From a virus (lineage: Duplodnaviria; Heunggongvirae; Uroviricota; Caudoviricetes): 64,000 nucleotides of DNA. The notes under the pieces are model-generated. The model was not told where the DNA came from. It worked only from the letters and a program-made list of their open reading frames with translations, and made no database searches. The translations under genes were made by a program, and so were the position numbers. Shown here piece by piece: positions 37,964 through 47,926 of this stretch (position 1 is its first letter; each line of letters starts with the position of its first letter). Where the stretch lies: IMG/VR virus record IMGVR_UViG_3300042256_000013, positions 1-64,000 of that record. One strand, given 5' to 3'.

Positions 37964-38772
37964 CAGGTAAGATGTTCCATGATTTCTGAGTTTTCAAATG
38001 ACTCAGGATTAGCACGAATAAAGTTCACGGCTTCATCCCAAGTGATGAAATCTTTATTACCACCAGTAACTACTTTAATCCATTTCTTGGCAATCCGAGT
38101 ACCTTCTGAACAAGCATCACGACGACGCAGGTATTCAGGAGTCAGATCACAAATAGGTGGATAACCTGCTGCTTCAAGCATTTCGTTATGCACCAGTACT
38201 GGATACTCGTCATATTCGTAAGCATCTTCCAGTACTTCATAGATGAAATGAAGTAACGTTGGGTACATATTATTTTCAATATGGAATGGTGCGTTAAACT
38301 CTTCCAATTTGATACTTGGATCTGCCAGGAAGATATAACCACCTTTCTCGTACTGGAAACGATCACCATATTCAGAGATGTGTGCAGTGATGGTATTGGA
38401 AATAGCACCAATTTCTATTTGATAAGAATACAGGAACGGCTGGAACCAATCAGCATGATTCGACAGCATAGTACCTTTAGTTTCCAGTGTAGCTGAACGC
38501 CACAATGTGTTAGCCAATGAAATATCATTGTGTTCAGCAACGACATTCCAGAACTCTACTGATTTAGTTGTGTAGTCAGTGAGATGGTTGTCGATTTTAC
38601 GACGACCTTCATTAGTCAATTTGCGATAAGTATCAGAATCAACAAACCTGATCTGTTCATCGTATGGAAAAGATGACCAATCAATTGACTGAACCTCTTT
38701 GCGTTTAAGTTCATTGATGTTCTTGTCAGTTTTCGTAAGCAATTTAATCTTAGCCATTAACTTAATCCTCAA
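37930..38772 (-). CDS. W(D/N)E-module family protein 2 (280 aa)
   Basis: ...CSEGTRIAKKWIKVVTGGNKDFITWDEAVNFIRANPESFENSEIMEHLTWW. Confidence 0.55.
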   Translation of the reverse strand: MRIKLMAKIKLLTKTDKNINELKRKEVQSIDWSSFPYDEQIRFVDSDTYRKLTNEGRRKIDNHLTDYTTKSVEFWNVVAEHNDISLANTLWRSATLETKGTMLSNHADWFQPFLYSYQIEIGAISNTITAHISEYGDRFQYEKGGYIFLADPSIKLEEFNAPFHIENNMYPTLLHFIYEVLEDAYEYDEYPVLVHNEMLEAAGYPPICDLTPEYLRRRDACSEGTRIAKKWIKVVTGGNKDFITWDEAVNFIRANPESFENSEIMEHLTWWWSHAILGLN

Positions 38773-39301
38773 TTTTAATTAATGATTTACCGAATAGTGG
38801 GTGTTTGTATTCTTGATACTTAACACCATTCATTTCGATAATACGAGTTGGTACTGATTTGTTTTGATTCGGAAGTACTGTAATGTTATTTTCAGGACGA
38901 ATATCATTTTCAGTGCTGTTGTGTACGAAACCTTTATTAAGGCGAAGGAATGAACCGCTACGTTTAACGGAAGCACCACGCTTAACAAAAACCTCAGCAC
39001 TCTTAGGCTTCTCACGTAAGTAAGAGAAGTTTTTAACTTTAGGCAATGGTTCTTCTGACCAGTACCAATCAATATATTCCTGGAGTCCAGCGAACAAATC
39101 ACCACGAGTTTGATTACAATCGTAACACATTGATACAAGGTTATCAGCAGTGTTTAAACCACCAAGCGAGCGGAGCTTATCATGATCTAAAGTATGGCGA
39201 ACCAATGTACCATCCAATTTCTGAAAGTACTTTGGTGATACTTGCGGAATACCACAACAAGCACAACATGTATTACGATATATAACGGCTTCATTAATCA
39301 T
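38762..39301 (-). CDS. HNH endonuclease (179 aa)
   Basis: CCACCG...HTLDHDKLRSLGGLNTADNLVSMCYDCN HNH motif. Confidence 0.65.
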   Translation of the reverse strand: MINEAVIYRNTCCACCGIPQVSPKYFQKLDGTLVRHTLDHDKLRSLGGLNTADNLVSMCYDCNQTRGDLFAGLQEYIDWYWSEEPLPKVKNFSYLREKPKSAEVFVKRGASVKRSGSFLRLNKGFVHNSTENDIRPENNITVLPNQNKSVPTRIIEMNGVKYQEYKHPLFGKSLIKIED

Positions 39302-39378
39302 TTTTGGACTCCCTTCTCGTAGAATAGGAGTCCATTTTATATGGTGGCTGAGTTTTTGTCAACCACTTTTTAGTCTTA

Positions 39379-40170
39379 TCAGTCGAACAAGTTCATTTCA
39401 TCAGAGACGGATTCAGCCAGCCAAACCAGATCACTCTTAGCGGAGTCAACTGCATCAGTACTGGACATGATATGACGTGCAATAAATTCGTTCCAAGAGT
39501 ACTGTACTTCAGAACGTCCAGCCCACTTCATGGTACGACGCCAACCTTCAGTACATGGTTCATAAGAACGCAGTTCTTCAGAACTCATAACTGGACGAAC
39601 ATTACCAAATAGTTTTCGACTATCGTTGTCGGAAAGAATTAGAGAACCAAAAGGAATAAACAGATGGTACTGGAATTCTTTAATATCTTGGTCTTTAGTT
39701 CCTTCCAATTCATTCCAGGATTTAACTACAAACTTAGCCCACTCTGGATTTCTGGATTCACCAATAGCTGTAGCAAGTTCTTGAATATCAAGATAATCGT
39801 CACTTGTTACAATAGTTTTGAATTGTGCCAAAGATAGTGTTTGATGTGAAATCAGTGCAATATTAGTATAGTCAATATCTGTACTCGTAATGAGTTTCTT
39901 AACCATTGAACTTTTCAGTTTAGTATTATAGATGAAATCATCATACGTAAGACCTGAAGATACTAGTACTTCAACAATTGGATCAGGTACTTCTTCTTGA
40001 ATTTGTTCAAGAACATATTGATGAACCAGTTCTCGGTAATTAGCTGGGTTCATGTTCTCGAAAAGGTTAGTGAATTCCTCTAATGTAATAGGTGATTCGA
40101 AACGGTAATCTTCAATGTTATTAGCTACTTCTTTAACATTGAACTTGCCAGTGATGTGAATATGTGCCAT
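39379..40170 (-). CDS. W(D/N)E-module family protein 3 (263 aa)
   Basis: ...CTEGWRRTMKWAGRSEVQYSWNEFIARHIMSS. Confidence 0.55.
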   Translation of the reverse strand: MAHIHITGKFNVKEVANNIEDYRFESPITLEEFTNLFENMNPANYRELVHQYVLEQIQEEVPDPIVEVLVSSGLTYDDFIYNTKLKSSMVKKLITSTDIDYTNIALISHQTLSLAQFKTIVTSDDYLDIQELATAIGESRNPEWAKFVVKSWNELEGTKDQDIKEFQYHLFIPFGSLILSDNDSRKLFGNVRPVMSSEELRSYEPCTEGWRRTMKWAGRSEVQYSWNEFIARHIMSSTDAVDSAKSDLVWLAESVSDEMNLFD

Positions 40171-40186
40171 TATGTACTACTTTCCT

Positions 40187-40711
40187 TTATGCTAAGATAT
40201 TTTCTACTACAGTACGAACTTCTGGTTTTTCTGATAGACGAAGAAGACTACGCATATCTAAATGTTCGTGGTACTTCTGAACAAATTCAACGTCGATGCT
40301 TTTAACACGCTCAACGTGATACAATGAAATCAGTTCTTCTTCTGCAAGGGTATTCAATTGTTCAATACTTACTTGAACAGAAGGAATTTCAATGTACAGA
40401 TGTTTGTCAATAGCAGTTTTTGTAAGTTCTTCTACTAATTGTGCTGAAGGAATACCAATTTTTCCAGCAAATTCATCAATAAAATCCTCACTACGGAACA
40501 CACTCGAAAGCATTGCTTGAAGTGTTTCTTTATTAGCTTTACTGAAAAGTTCAGTATAATCTTCTACAGAAAAACCATTACGTAATGAATCATCTATAAT
40601 ATCAGAGAACCAATTACATGTTACGTTATCATAACCAAAGTTACGACCAGCGGCTACAATCTCAGTGATTGAGGTTACGCCAACTGTTTTAATTGCGGTG
40701 ATTGTTGCCAT
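40187..40711 (-). CDS. hypothetical protein (174 aa)
   Basis: ORF only. Confidence 0.5.
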   Translation of the reverse strand: MATITAIKTVGVTSITEIVAAGRNFGYDNVTCNWFSDIIDDSLRNGFSVEDYTELFSKANKETLQAMLSSVFRSEDFIDEFAGKIGIPSAQLVEELTKTAIDKHLYIEIPSVQVSIEQLNTLAEEELISLYHVERVKSIDVEFVQKYHEHLDMRSLLRLSEKPEVRTVVENILA

Positions 40712-40735
40712 GTTGCTTCCTTTGTTTACTCAATT

Positions 40736-40759
40736 AAAAAGCCCAACTATGTTGGGCTT
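40736..40759 (-). terminator. intrinsic terminator (AAGCCCAACATAGTTGGGCTT + U-run)
   Basis: Hairpin plus TTTTTAATT on the minus strand. Confidence 0.65.
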
Positions 40760-40767
40760 GGTAGTAC

Positions 40768-41994
40768 TTAACTTTCTGATTCTGAACCTTCATCAGTACC
40801 TAGATCATCAGGTTCTGTTCCGGTATCACCATCGAAATTGACGCTTACATTCATGAAACGTGGCATAAACCGATTCATTGGCTGCATTGGTTGTACTCGT
40901 TGAGAAACTTCAATTCCGTCTACCTGTACTGCCCTTGTCCAAGGAAATAGATTAGGTGCTGCATCTTCAACACGATCAGTACTGTCATCGACTTCAGTAC
41001 CTTCTTCATCATCTGATTCAGGTGTTGCATCAATGCCAGTACTTCCAGTTGGATCAAGTACATCAGCGAATTCAATCTGAAAATCTGCTTCACCTTGAGC
41101 TTCGTTTACACCAGTAATGTGTGTATACGATTCACGTTCTACACGATTAGGGCGATAGCTCAGACGTTCAGGGTATTGAGCTACAGTTTCTGGTGAATTT
41201 TCCAGACAACGACCCATGATCCAATCAACATATCCGTTGTGGTTCAAACGTGGATGCGATTTCATCAATGTCAGCATTTCATTCCACGTTGGATAGTCGT
41301 TCGGGCGACCAGTAACGCGACGGAACTTACGCAACCAGATAGTGAATGAACGTTGACCATCATCACATGGTTGACCTGACATGATACGTTGTTCATCAAT
41401 CACGGTATCGTAATATTCAGGTACTGGCTGGTTCATACTCTCAAGACCAGCACGTGTTAGATAACGCATACCTTTTGATTGCATAATCCAACGACGGAAC
41501 ATACCATCTTTATACACGAGGAAATCATGTAATAAAGCTTCATCACCATCACGGTACTGAAGAAAGCGATCAAAGAAGTGATTATAACTAATTTGATCAC
41601 GGAACTCGTCAAGGAATTCAGGAGTAATGCAACGCTGGTATACCGCACCATTTAAATACAGATAACGTGCGTTCCTTTTCAGGAAATCCGCACTGAACTG
41701 AACCTGAGAACTCCACATATCGCTATCCAGTTGGAAGCGACGTTGACGTGCACGTTGCTTTTTAGAACTAATAACGAATTCCAACGCAGCTTCATGCATT
41801 ACTGAAAGAATGCCACCCCAATCGACCCAATTGGCAACTACTCCTGGATCTGCGTAGTTAACACGTGCGAGGAAGGTAAGATCATTAAAGTCCTCCACAA
41901 ATTCAGATGGATCGATATTACGCCAAGATACTCGACGGATCTCAGCAATTGTTAAATCACGCAAACTTGTCTTTTCAGACTTTTCTGTCAGCAT
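40768..41994 (-). CDS. W(D/N)E-module family protein 4 with acidic C-terminal tail (408 aa)
   Basis: ...CDDGQRSFTIWLRKFRRVTGRPNDYPTWNEMLTLMKSHP...VDWI; C-terminus Asp/Glu-rich. Confidence 0.55.
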   Translation of the reverse strand: MLTEKSEKTSLRDLTIAEIRRVSWRNIDPSEFVEDFNDLTFLARVNYADPGVVANWVDWGGILSVMHEAALEFVISSKKQRARQRRFQLDSDMWSSQVQFSADFLKRNARYLYLNGAVYQRCITPEFLDEFRDQISYNHFFDRFLQYRDGDEALLHDFLVYKDGMFRRWIMQSKGMRYLTRAGLESMNQPVPEYYDTVIDEQRIMSGQPCDDGQRSFTIWLRKFRRVTGRPNDYPTWNEMLTLMKSHPRLNHNGYVDWIMGRCLENSPETVAQYPERLSYRPNRVERESYTHITGVNEAQGEADFQIEFADVLDPTGSTGIDATPESDDEEGTEVDDSTDRVEDAAPNLFPWTRAVQVDGIEVSQRVQPMQPMNRFMPRFMNVSVNFDGDTGTEPDDLGTDEGSESES

Positions 41995-42014
41995 TTTAAT
42001 TGTCCTGTTAGTTA

Positions 42015-42818
42015 TTAGTCATCGTAACCGAGAATTTCCATGAGAATTCCACGGAAGAATGATTTATACCATGTGTTAGCTAAACCATCATTACCAGTAC
42101 GTTCACACTCTTCTGCATAATCAGCCCAATTATCATAATTGGTTTTACGAGAATGTTCACGCCAGAAATTAGTAACAACACCGTTGGTATATTCAGCACG
42201 ACGCTGGTCACTGTAATCCAAAACCAGTTTTTCGATATTAACTGGTGTAGTATACCACTGGTTTACCAATGAATGTATGCGTTCAATTTGTTCAGGTGAA
42301 GCACCACAATTTTCTACGGCTTCAAATACGGCTTCTTTTGGAGATTTCCAAGTAAGATAGCGATTCAAATAACGAGCACACATTTCTGGCGTTACTAAAA
42401 AGTCTTTAATATCACCATACTTATTACGAGCATCGATTAGACGAGAAAGATTTAAATGGTCTTCATGAATACGAACAAATTCAGGTGTGATATTACGTTG
42501 TTCTTCAACAAAAAGACGTGATAACTTTTCACCTTGTTCCATGAGGAATTCAGCACTGAATTGATTATAGCGAGGAATGTCTGACCAAATATCAGTACTG
42601 TTACGAATAATCTGCTCACATTCTTCAATAGTTAGTTCAGACACGCCATGCATGTAGTACTGAATATACGTAGTAGTTGGGATTTGCAGAAGAAGACTGC
42701 GTTTACCTGCTTTAATCAGATCTTCTACTTCCTCGCGACCCAAATCTGAAAGATTGTATTGACCAATATTATCAATAGTAATATCAGTTAGATCCGCCTT
42801 CAAATAGATAGTACCCAT
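42015..42818 (-). CDS. hypothetical protein (267 aa), possible divergent member of the W(D/N)E family
   Basis: C-terminal ECERTGNDGLANTWYKSFF resembles the module weakly. Confidence 0.5.
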   Translation of the reverse strand: MGTIYLKADLTDITIDNIGQYNLSDLGREEVEDLIKAGKRSLLLQIPTTTYIQYYMHGVSELTIEECEQIIRNSTDIWSDIPRYNQFSAEFLMEQGEKLSRLFVEEQRNITPEFVRIHEDHLNLSRLIDARNKYGDIKDFLVTPEMCARYLNRYLTWKSPKEAVFEAVENCGASPEQIERIHSLVNQWYTTPVNIEKLVLDYSDQRRAEYTNGVVTNFWREHSRKTNYDNWADYAEECERTGNDGLANTWYKSFFRGILMEILGYDD

Positions 42819-42854
42819 TATTGTTGTACCTCGTTCCTATTAATGAATAAGTTG

Positions 42855-42890
42855 AATTTTGTTTATGGAATCATATTCTACTCGCCTCGC
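42855..42890 (-). promoter_or_regulatory. sigma70 promoter TTGACT-N17-TAGAAT with A-tract UP element
   Basis: revcomp reads aaaatccTTGACtcgcatgagcgaggcgagTAGAATatg; spacer forms a hairpin. Confidence 0.55.
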
Positions 42891-43500
42891 TCATGCGAGT
42901 CAAGGATTTTCTTTCGCTTCGCAGCAAGAAAATCTAAATTAAAAAAGTACTTTACCTCTTGCATATCTGACGAGATTTGTTGAGGCATTTTCATCCCCCC
43001 GCTGGGGGCTTGAAAGCTGACGATGATAGTCGTCGGCATTATTGTATTGAGAATTACTTATAGTGCAGAAGCGGGTTGTTCGGTATTCTTCTTATCTCAG
43101 TTCTAACAACGGTCGAGGTCTTAGCTCGCATAGTACTAAATCTATACAATCAAATGTAGTACTTGAAATCAACGAAATTTGGACGGATCTATATTGTACA
43201 AATATCGGTGCTTTCTCCCTTATCGATTATTGGTAAGGTGCATCCTTATATGTCTATCAAGGAAGTACGTTACGATTGTAGTACTTCTTTATAGAGCCGC
43301 ATTGCCGTGGACGGTACAAACTATGCCGATTCCTAACGGGTTTCTTTTGCTCTTTGAACTGCTTGAACTTCTCAACTATCCAATTACATTTTCATCGGAA
43401 TAGGGTTACAACATTAGGGGCGAGCCGCCCCTATCAAACAGAATTGTATTGGTACATTATAGCACAGAAACGCTCATCGTTTCATGTTTTTATAATATTT

Positions 43501-43956
43501 TTAATCAGGAGATACTTCTTGAAGTACATCCAGTACTTCACCAGCGAATTTCGCAAGTGTTGGAAAACGTTCAGTATGATGTGAATTAGAGAGTAAACCA
43601 TAATTGAATTTAATCATACTTTTAATGATATTACCACATTCAGATCCGAAATTATATCCACATTTGATAGCGTCAACAATTGATTCATCAGAATAAGGTG
43701 GGTGATATAAACCACGTAATGTTACATAATCAGCGAACAGTACTGGTGCATATTCATCACGAAGTTCCAAATACTTTTTCATGTATTCGGTATCATCTTC
43801 AGAAGCACCGATTGTCCATCCACGTTCAATTGCACCTTCGATGGAATTCATATTCTTTACCAAGTACTTAGCCAATTCCATATGATGTGGATTGGTTTTA
43901 GCACTTTCTAAAAGTTCTTTCGCCTGGGTAAGTGCGATAACTTGAGTATCACGCAT
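43501..43956 (-). CDS. hypothetical protein (151 aa)
   Basis: ORF only. Confidence 0.5.
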   Translation of the reverse strand: MRDTQVIALTQAKELLESAKTNPHHMELAKYLVKNMNSIEGAIERGWTIGASEDDTEYMKKYLELRDEYAPVLFADYVTLRGLYHPPYSDESIVDAIKCGYNFGSECGNIIKSMIKFNYGLLSNSHHTERFPTLAKFAGEVLDVLQEVSPD

Positions 43957-44114
43957 TAGTAGTTACCTCTGCCTTAATAGCATTATATGTAGCTTCTGAA
44001 ATTTCTTGCCAAGAATGACCATCCCAATCTTCAACAGACCAGAAGAATTTTCCATCTTCTTCTTTAATATGAAGACCTCCATAGGTATTTCCTAACTCGC
44101 AGTTAGTAATCATA
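43950..44114 (-). CDS. small protein (54 aa, MITNCELGNTYGGLHIKEEDGKFFWSVEDWDGHSWQEI...)
   Basis: GAGGTAATT-ATG; stop overlaps the next start; not in ORF track. Confidence 0.4.
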
Positions 44115-44115
44115 A

Positions 44116-44376
44116 TTACCTCAATTGGGAATCTTTTGAGCCACGACGATTGTACGTTTCTTTAAAAGTACTTTCATGTGTACTCTGACACTTAATACAG
44201 TACTTAACACCTTTTAATGCTAAGCGACGTTTTTCGGGAATTTCATTCCCACAATCCAGACAATACATTTCTGATTCACCTTGAGGTAATTGGGAACGAG
44301 CAAAGTCGATCCCATTATCTAATGTAGCCTGAATTGTTTCCTGGAAGTTATCAACTGAACCGAAACCACTTGCCAT
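44116..44376 (-). CDS. TraR/DksA-family C4 zinc-finger protein
   Basis: CLDCGNEIPEKRR...CIKCQ four-Cys finger at C-terminus as in TraR/DksA. Confidence 0.7.
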   Translation of the reverse strand: MASGFGSVDNFQETIQATLDNGIDFARSQLPQGESEMYCLDCGNEIPEKRRLALKGVKYCIKCQSTHESTFKETYNRRGSKDSQLR

Positions 44377-44654
44377 TAGTTAAACCATTCCAGTTTCAGA
44401 TCGATTTTTTCAACACCCGGCTGAACCAGGTACAGAGGGTCTTTTACTTCGTTCCAGAACTTCACTGCTTTAGACAGAAAAGCTTTACCCTGAACTTCAG
44501 TACCATCAGGTAGAGTTAGTGTGTAGCTGATGTTTTGCATCTTGTGCGGAGAACCAGGACGAACAAACTTACCAACAACCTGGTGGGTATCATTGTCAAC
44601 GACAGCATACATATGAATGATAGTCATGTTAGACTCCCTTAAAAGTACGAGCAT
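44376..44654 (-). CDS. hypothetical protein (92 aa)
   Basis: ORF only. Confidence 0.45.
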   Translation of the reverse strand: MLVLLRESNMTIIHMYAVVDNDTHQVVGKFVRPGSPHKMQNISYTLTLPDGTEVQGKAFLSKAVKFWNEVKDPLYLVQPGVEKIDLKLEWFN

Positions 44655-44997
44655 GGCGAAGTAATGGTCCGTATACTAATACAAATGGACGGAACATTGG
44701 AAATTCACGATATGTGATATTAACATCATTGGCAGTAATACCACGAATAAACATAAATGCAACTTCTGGTTGTTCTTTATTGAATTGAATCAGTAATGTT
44801 TCAACCATAGCCCGCCAGAACTCACGTTCTTTCCAACCGTTCATTCGGTTATGGTATGCGTCAGTAATAATTTGTACGGCATCATTCAATTCACGTTCAA
44901 TACGTTCATCATGATAACTGAGTTTTCCAGTTGATAACGCAATAAATGTTTCTTGAAGGTTACGCTCACTTAAAATAACAGGGTTGAAAATATTCAT
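44629..44997 (-). CDS. hypothetical protein (122 aa)
   Basis: ORF only. Confidence 0.45.
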   Translation of the reverse strand: MNIFNPVILSERNLQETFIALSTGKLSYHDERIERELNDAVQIITDAYHNRMNGWKEREFWRAMVETLLIQFNKEQPEVAFMFIRGITANDVNITYREFPMFRPFVLVYGPLLRHARTFKGV

Positions 44998-45073
44998 GAT
45001 AATGTCCTCGCCTTAGTTAGTGAGTCTATCTTATCATTATTGTTCATCCCCGTCAAGAACTTTTGTAAAAATT

Positions 45074-45448
45074 TTAAATCAGTACTGAATCATCGAAAAC
45101 ACAAACACCATTTTCAAATACTTCAGTACCATCATTAACAGTGTACGTAGATGTGTTTTGTACAGTATCAATGGTAAGAATAATAGTATTCTTAGTATAT
45201 TGTGATTTGTATGTAATTACAATGTCAGTACCTTTTGCTTGTTCACCAGCATTGTAATATTTTTCTGCACCAAATATAAATGCACCACTGTTAGTATCAG
45301 CTTGTACATGAGTGATTGATGGTGTTTTACTTTCTTTAACACAACTCAGGTTATATACACCAGGAGATGGGTTATTTGATGCAGTACTGAAGAATGAAGC
45401 ACTCAGTAATGCAATACCTAATAATAGTTTTCTCATAATAGTTTCCAA
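45074..45448 (-). CDS. secreted protein (signal peptide MRKLLLGIALLSASFFSTA)
   Basis: Signal peptide; beta-rich. Confidence 0.5.
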   Translation of the reverse strand: METIMRKLLLGIALLSASFFSTASNNPSPGVYNLSCVKESKTPSITHVQADTNSGAFIFGAEKYYNAGEQAKGTDIVITYKSQYTKNTIILTIDTVQNTSTYTVNDGTEVFENGVCVFDDSVLI

Positions 45449-45476
45449 AAGAAGGTGGGGCTATGCCCCACAATTA

Positions 45477-46193
45477 TTAACATGAACAAGTAAAGAATGA
45501 ACCGCGATTACTATCATTAGTTGAACGGTCACGCACAATATCATAGTTATCCCAGAACTCATCTGATACGTATTCACCTTCCAGCAGTCCACCATAGCAT
45601 AGGAAGTCATGATAACCTAATACCCAACGGTCTGCATAGTCCATCAGTACATCATAATCAATACCGAGATTATCAGCATAGTTTTTAATCCATTGAATAG
45701 ATTCTTCAACAGTCTCTTCTTCACCATCATCACCAACTGGTATTGCTGGTACTTCCGAGACAGAACTTACAATGTTGTTCTGACTCAGGCGTTTCTGAAT
45801 TTCTGCCATGAGTTCTTCACTACTCATATCTGACAGCTTTTGTTCAGGAATTTCAGTACTTGGGAAATCATTGTGTTCCCAAACGTGACGAAGTGAAGTA
45901 ATCTGACGAGGATATACTACAAGCCAGAACTTCTCACCAGGATTAATTGAACCCGTAATAAATGGATCTGCAATACCTACTGCCTTGATATTTGAATATA
46001 CACATGAATCTACTGAACAATATGCTTTTCCATCTGGACCAATACCAATGTGTTCACCCGGATTTATATGTTCACCTGCTTCTACGGGTTCAACGCCTAA
46101 ATGAATAGCATCACGATGTTCTTCACGAACGTGAATCATACCAAGTGATTCAAGTGCATCAGTAGCTACTGAGCGTTTATCTTTATGAGACAT
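45477..46193 (-). CDS. hypothetical protein (238 aa)
   Basis: ORF only. Confidence 0.5.
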   Translation of the reverse strand: MSHKDKRSVATDALESLGMIHVREEHRDAIHLGVEPVEAGEHINPGEHIGIGPDGKAYCSVDSCVYSNIKAVGIADPFITGSINPGEKFWLVVYPRQITSLRHVWEHNDFPSTEIPEQKLSDMSSEELMAEIQKRLSQNNIVSSVSEVPAIPVGDDGEEETVEESIQWIKNYADNLGIDYDVLMDYADRWVLGYHDFLCYGGLLEGEYVSDEFWDNYDIVRDRSTNDSNRGSFFTCSC

Positions 46194-46691
46194 TTATTGT
46201 TCCTCACTTAGTTTAGTTACATGTTTAATAAGTACTGGACTTGATGGATTAGTTTTAATGTAATACGCAATCATAGCCATACGTAAACGTTTTTTGTATT
46301 CAGCAGATAAATTGCTATTCGTTTGAGAAAGATATGAGCTTACTTTTGCCCGAATAGTTGAATCTGATTCAATAACAGAAAGAATTTCTTCCATACTTTT
46401 ATATCGTAAAGTATTAGGATTATTTTGCTTCCATCGTTCAATACGAATTTGTTTTTCGGCTTCATAACGTTCGGCAGTTTGAATTTTAGCTTTTTTACGT
46501 AAAAGTCCACGAACTACCTTGAAAGTTTCAAAGGCTTTAGTTGCATGTTCACGAGTTGTCTCGTTCATGTTATGATTATTACTGTAAAGCTTTATTTTGC
46601 TCAACATTTGTGGGCTTTTCAGCATTTCAGAAACCAGTTCTTCAATAGTAAAATTGTTAATAGTTGAAACTGAACCACGACGACCAGCCAT
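46194..46691 (-). CDS. hypothetical basic protein (165 aa) immediately downstream of the sigma gene
   Basis: Near-overlapping stop and start with the sigma gene suggests co-translation. Confidence 0.5.
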   Translation of the reverse strand: MAGRRGSVSTINNFTIEELVSEMLKSPQMLSKIKLYSNNHNMNETTREHATKAFETFKVVRGLLRKKAKIQTAERYEAEKQIRIERWKQNNPNTLRYKSMEEILSVIESDSTIRAKVSSYLSQTNSNLSAEYKKRLRMAMIAYYIKTNPSSPVLIKHVTKLSEEQ

Positions 46692-46703
46692 ATTTGTTTA
46701 CCT

Positions 46704-47699
46704 TTAATCAAAGTTGATATTGTTACGTTCTACGATGCGACGTACTTTATCCATCATATCATTGTAACGACGAGAAAGAGTTGCCTTAGATGTTACCCAT
46801 TTACCTTTACCATCGATATAACCACTTTCAATGATTTCATCAAAGGTATGCATTTTATAACCATCAAGACCATGACATAAACCAAGTAATACGCGTTCGT
46901 GTTCTTCCAATTGATCCATGATTTCATCCATCACGGTAAGGAAGTCTTTGTTCATGACACGTTCATCAACAACATAATCAGCACTATCAGAAGTAATAAT
47001 ATCTTTCAGAGTTTGTTCTGAACCTTCTTCACCACGATTCATAGGTGTGTCAATGCTGAAAGTATTGGCATTGTAGTTCATTATACGCTTCACTGCACGA
47101 ATATCAATGCCAGAACCAGCAGAAATTTGCTCATTCGTTGGATAGCCAGTATTTTCTGTCATATAGCGTTCAATGAATGCCTGAATACGAATGTTATCAC
47201 GTGACAGATGTTCTGGTAACGCCACCATACGAACTTCGTTATTACCATTACGATACATATGTTGACGAATTGTAGTAGTGGCATAAGTACTGAATAGCGT
47301 TCTGAATTGACCGTTATATCCATAGATAGCTTTCATCAGACCTTCGAACCCGTATTGTACTTTATCCTGGAACGGAATATTACAAGTACAGTTCTTTGCT
47401 TCATTGTAAACTAAGCCAGAATTGAACAAAATAATTTTGTTCTTTGCTTCTTCTGCGTTTACACCTTCTTGTACTTGTTTAACAAGTTCTTCGTTACTAA
47501 TGTATTGCCCCGTTTTAACTGACGCTTTGATTTTATCCAGAGTTAAACCACCTTCAGGGATTGAATCATCTGCTACTTCATCATCGTCATCTTCTGACAA
47601 TTCTAAAGGAACATTGTTTTCATCTTCGAAGCACTCATTCAGTACTTCATCTTGGATTTCATCTAAGTTTAGTTGTTTCGGACCCACATCAATCTCCAT
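46704..47699 (-). CDS. sigma-70 family RNA polymerase sigma factor (331 aa)
   Basis: Region 2.3/2.4 signature LFSTYATTTIRQHMYRN (compare FSTYATWWIRQ); acidic N-terminal stretch; C-terminal HTH-like segment. Confidence 0.75.
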   Translation of the reverse strand: MEIDVGPKQLNLDEIQDEVLNECFEDENNVPLELSEDDDDEVADDSIPEGGLTLDKIKASVKTGQYISNEELVKQVQEGVNAEEAKNKIILFNSGLVYNEAKNCTCNIPFQDKVQYGFEGLMKAIYGYNGQFRTLFSTYATTTIRQHMYRNGNNEVRMVALPEHLSRDNIRIQAFIERYMTENTGYPTNEQISAGSGIDIRAVKRIMNYNANTFSIDTPMNRGEEGSEQTLKDIITSDSADYVVDERVMNKDFLTVMDEIMDQLEEHERVLLGLCHGLDGYKMHTFDEIIESGYIDGKGKWVTSKATLSRRYNDMMDKVRRIVERNNINFD

Positions 47700-47737
47700 G
47701 TATATATTCTGTACGACATTTTATTTCCAATAAAAAA

Positions 47738-47765
47738 AGGCCATCAGATGATGGCCTTTTTCTTT
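47738..47765. terminator. bidirectional intrinsic terminator (AAAGGCCATCAGATGATGGCCTTT)
   Basis: Perfect hairpin with an A-run on one side and a T-run on the other. Confidence 0.8.
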
Positions 47766-47776
47766 CTTAAAAGTTA

Positions 47777-47926
47777 TTATGCTTCGCGAGTACTACGAAT
47801 AATAATATCGTTACCTTTCTCGCGTTTAGCAGCGGTTCGTGCTTCTTCTGGTGAACGTGCACCTTGGCGAGTACTTAACGGTACTGAGCCGCCTTTCTGG
47901 AAGTATTCAACGATGTATTCTTTCAT
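47777..47926 (-). CDS. small basic protein (49 aa, MKEYIVEYFQKGGSVPLSTRQGARSPEEARTAAKREKGNDIIIRSTREA)
   Basis: ATGA overlap with the stop of the HTH gene; GGAGGAAGTACT-ATG; not in ORF track. Confidence 0.45.
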   Translation of the reverse strand: MKEYIVEYFQKGGSVPLSTRQGARSPEEARTAAKREKGNDIIIRSTREA

